From the NCBI GenBank assembly GCA_033764955.1, contig JANRIL010000042.1:64001-128000 (forward strand): 64,000 nt of DNA, in the 5' to 3' direction. Shown piece after piece: positions 60,375 through 64,000 of the stretch (position 1 is the first letter of the stretch; each line of letters starts with the position of its first letter). The DNA is from Cyanobacteriota bacterium. GTDB lineage: Bacteria; Cyanobacteriota; Cyanobacteriia; Thermostichales; Thermostichaceae. The notes under the pieces were generated by a model. The model did not search any database, was not told where the DNA came from, and was given only the letters and a program-made list of their open reading frames with translations. The translations under genes and the position numbers were made by a program.

Positions 60375-62924
60375 ATGCTTATGGTGCTTAGGACGATCGG
60401 CATCCCCTGGCTGCAAGAGCAAACCCCGCTGAGCATCCTTTCCCAGGAGGCTCTCACCTGGTTGTGGGAGCATGGGCAAGAGCAATCCCTGCAAACCCAC
60501 CAACGCCTGGTACTGGAGGATACTCCGGTGCTGGGTCTCTACCTGTTGTTGGAGGGTCGCCTGGAAAGTTATCGCTCCCGCCAAACCGGAATGGCGTGGG
60601 CGACCAGTCTACTACCGGGATCCCTGCTGCATCTACCGGAGTTGATCCTGCAACAGCCTGCCCAGCGCACGGTGGTGGCCTTGTCGGATGTGCAACTGGC
60701 CTTTTTGCCAGCCCCTGCCTTTCGCGAGTGGATCCAGCAATTTCCCGAAGTCACCCAGGTTTTTTCCCAGCAATTAGCTCAGGAATTAGCCCAGGTTTCC
60801 GCCCAACTCCTCTACGAGCAGGATCGGCAAACGGCGCTACGCCCCTATTTGGTGACCAAGGCTAGCCGAGGGATCGTCGGCAACAGTCGCTATGCGGTGC
60901 GTCTGCGCCAACAGATCAAAGAAGCCAGCCAAGATCGGCGTCCCGCCCTGATTTTTGGGGAACCGGGGCTAGAAAAAGACAATATTGCTGCCCTGATTCA
61001 CTTCAGTTCTGCCCAGCGCCGTGAACCCATGATCAAGGTAAATTGCGCCCTCTTGCAGGCCAGTGGGTCGGAGTTGTTGGGGCGGGCGGGCGGGCGACCC
61101 GGATTGCTGGAGTGGTTGGGATCCGGAACGCTGCTGCTCAACAACGTGCAAGATCTCCATCCCGATTTCCTGCCCAAGCTAGCCAACCTGCTGGAGACCG
61201 GACGATATACCCCCGTGCGACGGCTGGAGGAACCTGTTGAGGAGCGGATCTGTCAGGCACGCATCCTGATGATTTCCGAAAAAACACTACCCACCCTGGA
61301 TCCCTGGGTAGGACATGCCATCAAGGTTCCCCCACTGCGGGTGCGCAAAGCCGACCTCAAGGCTCAGGTGGAGTATTATCTCAGCCTAGTCAGCCGTTCG
61401 CGACGGATCCCACGCCCCACAATTGCTCCCGAGGCCCTGCGTCGCCTACAAAGTTATGACTTCCCTGGCAATTTGCGGGAACTGAAAAGTCTAGTGGAGC
61501 GGGCAGTGGTGCAATCTGCTAACCCTAACGGAGGGATCCCGATTTTGGGGGAGGAGGTCTTTTGGTCTACCGGATCCAAAAGCAAACGGTTCCGCCTCAA
61601 TCTCCTTAACGCCTATCCCCGCCTGCGCAAATTTCTGCGGAGTGGCTGGTGGCCGGATGGACTGAACTGGGGGGTGGTCTTGCCCGCCTATACGGTGGTG
61701 GTCTTTCTATTGTTGTGGGGTCCGCAGGATCGCCCCCACAATCTAGGACTCAACCTATTTTGGGCGTGGTGGTGGCCAGGGATCCTCCTCGCCTTTCCAT
61801 TTGTGGGGCGGCTGTGGTGTGCGGTGTGTCCGTTTATGATCTACGGCGAGCTGACACAAAAGCTCTCCCTCTGGCTGCTACCTCGTCCCTTACGCCGTTG
61901 GCCTCGCCAAGTGATGGAGGCGGGGGGCGGCTGGTTTTTGGTGAGTTTATTTGGCCTGATTTTTTTGTGGGAAGAACTGTGGGATCTTCCCCACACTGCC
62001 TATTTGTCAGCCTGGTTGCTGTTGCTGATCACGGCAGGGGCAGTGGTGGGATCCCTACTATTTGAGCGGCGTCTTTGGTGTCGTTATCTCTGCCCGATTG
62101 GGGGGATGAATGGTCTCTATGCCAAGTTATCCATGACCGAATTGCGCGCCCAACAGGGAACCTGTTCTGCCGAATGCACCACCTACCAGTGCTACAAAGG
62201 CGGACCAGCCAAAGGGGAAGGGCAAGCCTCTTTGGGATGTCCACTTTATTCTCACCCCGCTCAATTGCAGGAAAACAAAGACTGTGTGCTCTGCATGACC
62301 TGTCTGAAAGCCTGCCCCCACCGCTCCGTCGAATTTAATCTTCGCCCGCCCGCCATCGAACTGTGGACTAGCCATACCCCCAAAGCCTCGGAAGTGGCTC
62401 TGCTGCTCCTCCTTTTGGGTGGCATTTATCTGCACCACCTCCCCCAACTGCAAGCCCTCCTGATCAATCATGGGCAAATACCTGTGAACCTGGATAGCTT
62501 TGTCGGGCATCTGGGTCTATCGCTGCTTACCCTAGGGATCCCTACCCTGGTTCCCCTCTTGGCGCATGGATTGGCTCAATGGGGATCCGTCAAACCCCGT
62601 CCCTTTTTGGAATGGATCTACGGCTATTTGCCCTTGGTGTGGGGGGGAACCTTAGCCCACTACCTGGAGGCAGGGCTACGGGAGGCGGGTCAGATTTTGC
62701 CTGTGAGTTGGCAGACCTTTGGTTTGACAGGAACCGGATTACCCACTCTGACGGCGGATCCAGCGGTGGTCAGCTTTTTACAGGGATCCGTCCTGTTGTT
62801 TTCCCTGTTCGCCTCCCTGCTGCTCCTGCAAAAAATTACGCGGCAATCCCTGCTCACCCTCCTGCCCATGATCAGTGGATCGCTACTGTTGACGGGCAGT
62901 CTATGGGGGCTGATTCTGCCATGA
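60375..62924 (+). CDS. cNMP-binding + degenerate sigma54-activator-like AAA + membrane 4Fe-4S domain protein
   Basis: cNMP fold, GEPGLEKD, VPPLRVR, FPGNLREL, GRLWCAVCP, WCRYLCP, CVLCMTCLKACP, many TM helices. Confidence 0.85.
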   Translation: MLMVLRTIGIPWLQEQTPLSILSQEALTWLWEHGQEQSLQTHQRLVLEDTPVLGLYLLLEGRLESYRSRQTGMAWATSLLPGSLLHLPELILQQPAQRTVVALSDVQLAFLPAPAFREWIQQFPEVTQVFSQQLAQELAQVSAQLLYEQDRQTALRPYLVTKASRGIVGNSRYAVRLRQQIKEASQDRRPALIFGEPGLEKDNIAALIHFSSAQRREPMIKVNCALLQASGSELLGRAGGRPGLLEWLGSGTLLLNNVQDLHPDFLPKLANLLETGRYTPVRRLEEPVEERICQARILMISEKTLPTLDPWVGHAIKVPPLRVRKADLKAQVEYYLSLVSRSRRIPRPTIAPEALRRLQSYDFPGNLRELKSLVERAVVQSANPNGGIPILGEEVFWSTGSKSKRFRLNLLNAYPRLRKFLRSGWWPDGLNWGVVLPAYTVVVFLLLWGPQDRPHNLGLNLFWAWWWPGILLAFPFVGRLWCAVCPFMIYGELTQKLSLWLLPRPLRRWPRQVMEAGGGWFLVSLFGLIFLWEELWDLPHTAYLSAWLLLLITAGAVVGSLLFERRLWCRYLCPIGGMNGLYAKLSMTELRAQQGTCSAECTTYQCYKGGPAKGEGQASLGCPLYSHPAQLQENKDCVLCMTCLKACPHRSVEFNLRPPAIELWTSHTPKASEVALLLLLLGGIYLHHLPQLQALLINHGQIPVNLDSFVGHLGLSLLTLGIPTLVPLLAHGLAQWGSVKPRPFLEWIYGYLPLVWGGTLAHYLEAGLREAGQILPVSWQTFGLTGTGLPTLTADPAVVSFLQGSVLLFSLFASLLLLQKITRQSLLTLLPMISGSLLLTGSLWGLILP

Positions 62925-63751
62925 AATCCCTAGGCGGATCCCCCCCTTGGGGACTCACCCTTCTGACCATCGGTGGATTTTTGTTTTTGCATCTGCCGCT
63001 GCTGGTGATCATTTTTTATGCCTTTAGCAGCGATGAAGCCACTCTGCGCTTTCCTCCCTCCGGGTTAACCCTGCATTGGTTTGCCGTGGCTGGGCAGCGG
63101 GTCGATCTCTGGCGGGCTCTCTGGCTATCGCTACGGGTGGCAAGTTTGGCGGTGCTGAGCGCCCTCCTGCTGGGATCCCTGGCTGCTATGGGGGTGGCGC
63201 GCCGTCGTCTGGTGGGCAACGAAGCCCTCTCGTTGCTGATCCTGCTGCCGATTGCCCTCCCCGGCATCGTCTCTGGAATTGCCCTACGCTCAGGGCTGGG
63301 CTGGCTGGGGATCCCGTTTAGCCTCTGGACGCTGGTGATCGGACACACCACGTTTTGCTTGGTGGTGGTCTACAACAACGTCTTGGCTCGTCTGCGCCGC
63401 CTCGGATCCTCCCCAATCGAAGCCTCCCTCGATCTAGGGGCTACCCCCTGGCAAACCTGGCGCTATATCGTTTTACCGGAGATCGCTACCGCGTTGTTGG
63501 CGGGTGGCCTATTGGCTTTTGCCCTGTCTTTTGATGAGATTGTGGTGACCACTTTTACCGCCGGACAACAACAAACCCTACCCATCTGGATCTTCAGCCA
63601 GCTCACCAAACCCCGCCAACGTCCGGTACTCAATGTGGCCGCCCTGCTGGTGATCGCCACTACAACCCTGCCGATTTTACTTGCCCACTTTTTGACCCAA
63701 GAGAGCAAATCCTCTGACCGTAACCCCTCCCAGCAAGTGCCTCGTCAGTAA
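62921..63751 (+). CDS. PotC-like ABC transporter permease
   Basis: LTLHWF, LPGIVSG, EASLDLGATPWQT EAA loop, SFDEIVVT; ATGA overlap with the upstream gene (longer track ORF from 62579 is overextended). Confidence 0.88.
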   Translation: MKSLGGSPPWGLTLLTIGGFLFLHLPLLVIIFYAFSSDEATLRFPPSGLTLHWFAVAGQRVDLWRALWLSLRVASLAVLSALLLGSLAAMGVARRRLVGNEALSLLILLPIALPGIVSGIALRSGLGWLGIPFSLWTLVIGHTTFCLVVVYNNVLARLRRLGSSPIEASLDLGATPWQTWRYIVLPEIATALLAGGLLAFALSFDEIVVTTFTAGQQQTLPIWIFSQLTKPRQRPVLNVAALLVIATTTLPILLAHFLTQESKSSDRNPSQQVPRQ

Positions 63752-63831
63752 GGCCAAGAAAATCTAGGCAGTGATTGCATAAACTCAAGGAAATGCTTTA
63801 GCATTAAAGACCGTGAAACTTTGACAAACCC

Positions 63832-64000
63832 ATGCCGAAGCTCAAAACCCGCAAAGCCGCTGCCAAGCGTTTTCAAGTAACCGGAAGCGGCAAAATCAAG
63901 CATCGTAAGACGGGTCACAACCACCTCCTCGAACACAAAACCACCAAGCGCAAGCGCAAGATTGCCGGAATGGGTTTGGTGCACGAACGAGATGTGGATG
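63832..64000 (+). CDS. rpmI: 50S ribosomal protein L35 (partial, runs off the window)
   Basis: [42 protein letters not shown]; not in the ORF track. Confidence 0.96.
   Translation, partial: MPKLKTRKAAAKRFQVTGSGKIKHRKTGHNHLLEHKTTKRKRKIAGMGLVHERDVD

Larger units (their letters stand above)
1..64000. repeat. Highly iterated palindrome GGGATCCC (HIP1 variant) dispersed through the window
   Basis: Many copies in coding and non-coding DNA (e.g. 670, 1924, 4621, 4692, 5057, 12661, 35652, 53450 region); not counted exactly. Confidence 0.9.

Noticed and set aside
62579..62920. Long N-terminal extension of the ABC permease in the ORF track
   Set aside because: Overlaps the upstream gene in another frame; ATG at 62921 with ATGA coupling is the plausible start.
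1..64000. CRISPR array, cas genes, transposases, prophage, rRNA
   Set aside because: No regularly spaced repeat-spacer array and no ORFs with such motifs were seen.

Overview
Chromosomal window from a cyanobacterium, most likely the Thermostichus / hot-spring 'Synechococcus JA' lineage. That is inferred from the gene content and from pervasive GGGATCCC palindromes where other cyanobacteria carry the HIP1 octamer GCGATCGC. Housekeeping genes: ald 3' end, ureC, tRNA-Glu, tig, thiL, lpxC-fabZ-lpxA-lpxB, aspA/fumarase-family lyase, cyAbrB, coaBC, M1 aminopeptidase, glyQ, mreB, mtnN and the rpmI 5' end. The rest is a dense signalling region: a hybrid kinase plus REC-GGDEF-EAL pair, a membrane GGDEF-EAL, a Pix/Ptx-type phototaxis operon with two PatA paralogs and a three-GAF cyanobacteriochrome MCP, and a DXCF cyanobacteriochrome kinase. 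Two stand-out observations. (1) An AT-rich ~1.95 kb segment (13134-15081) has the boundaries of an integron gene cassette (attC-like site plus a perfectly complementary core site) with no integrase in the window, and it carries a coupled ABC-ATPase + TOPRIM-like pair resembling anti-phage systems. (2) A SiaABCD-like partner-switching locus (48558-54966) in which a histidine kinase and a diguanylate cyclase share an N-terminal KK(A)PLKK[D/E]L motif and a K-x-[D/N]-L...H-G-D-x-V-E helix; the kinase has three tandem 32-aa copies of that helix. All family assignments come from motif recognition by eye; no searches were run.
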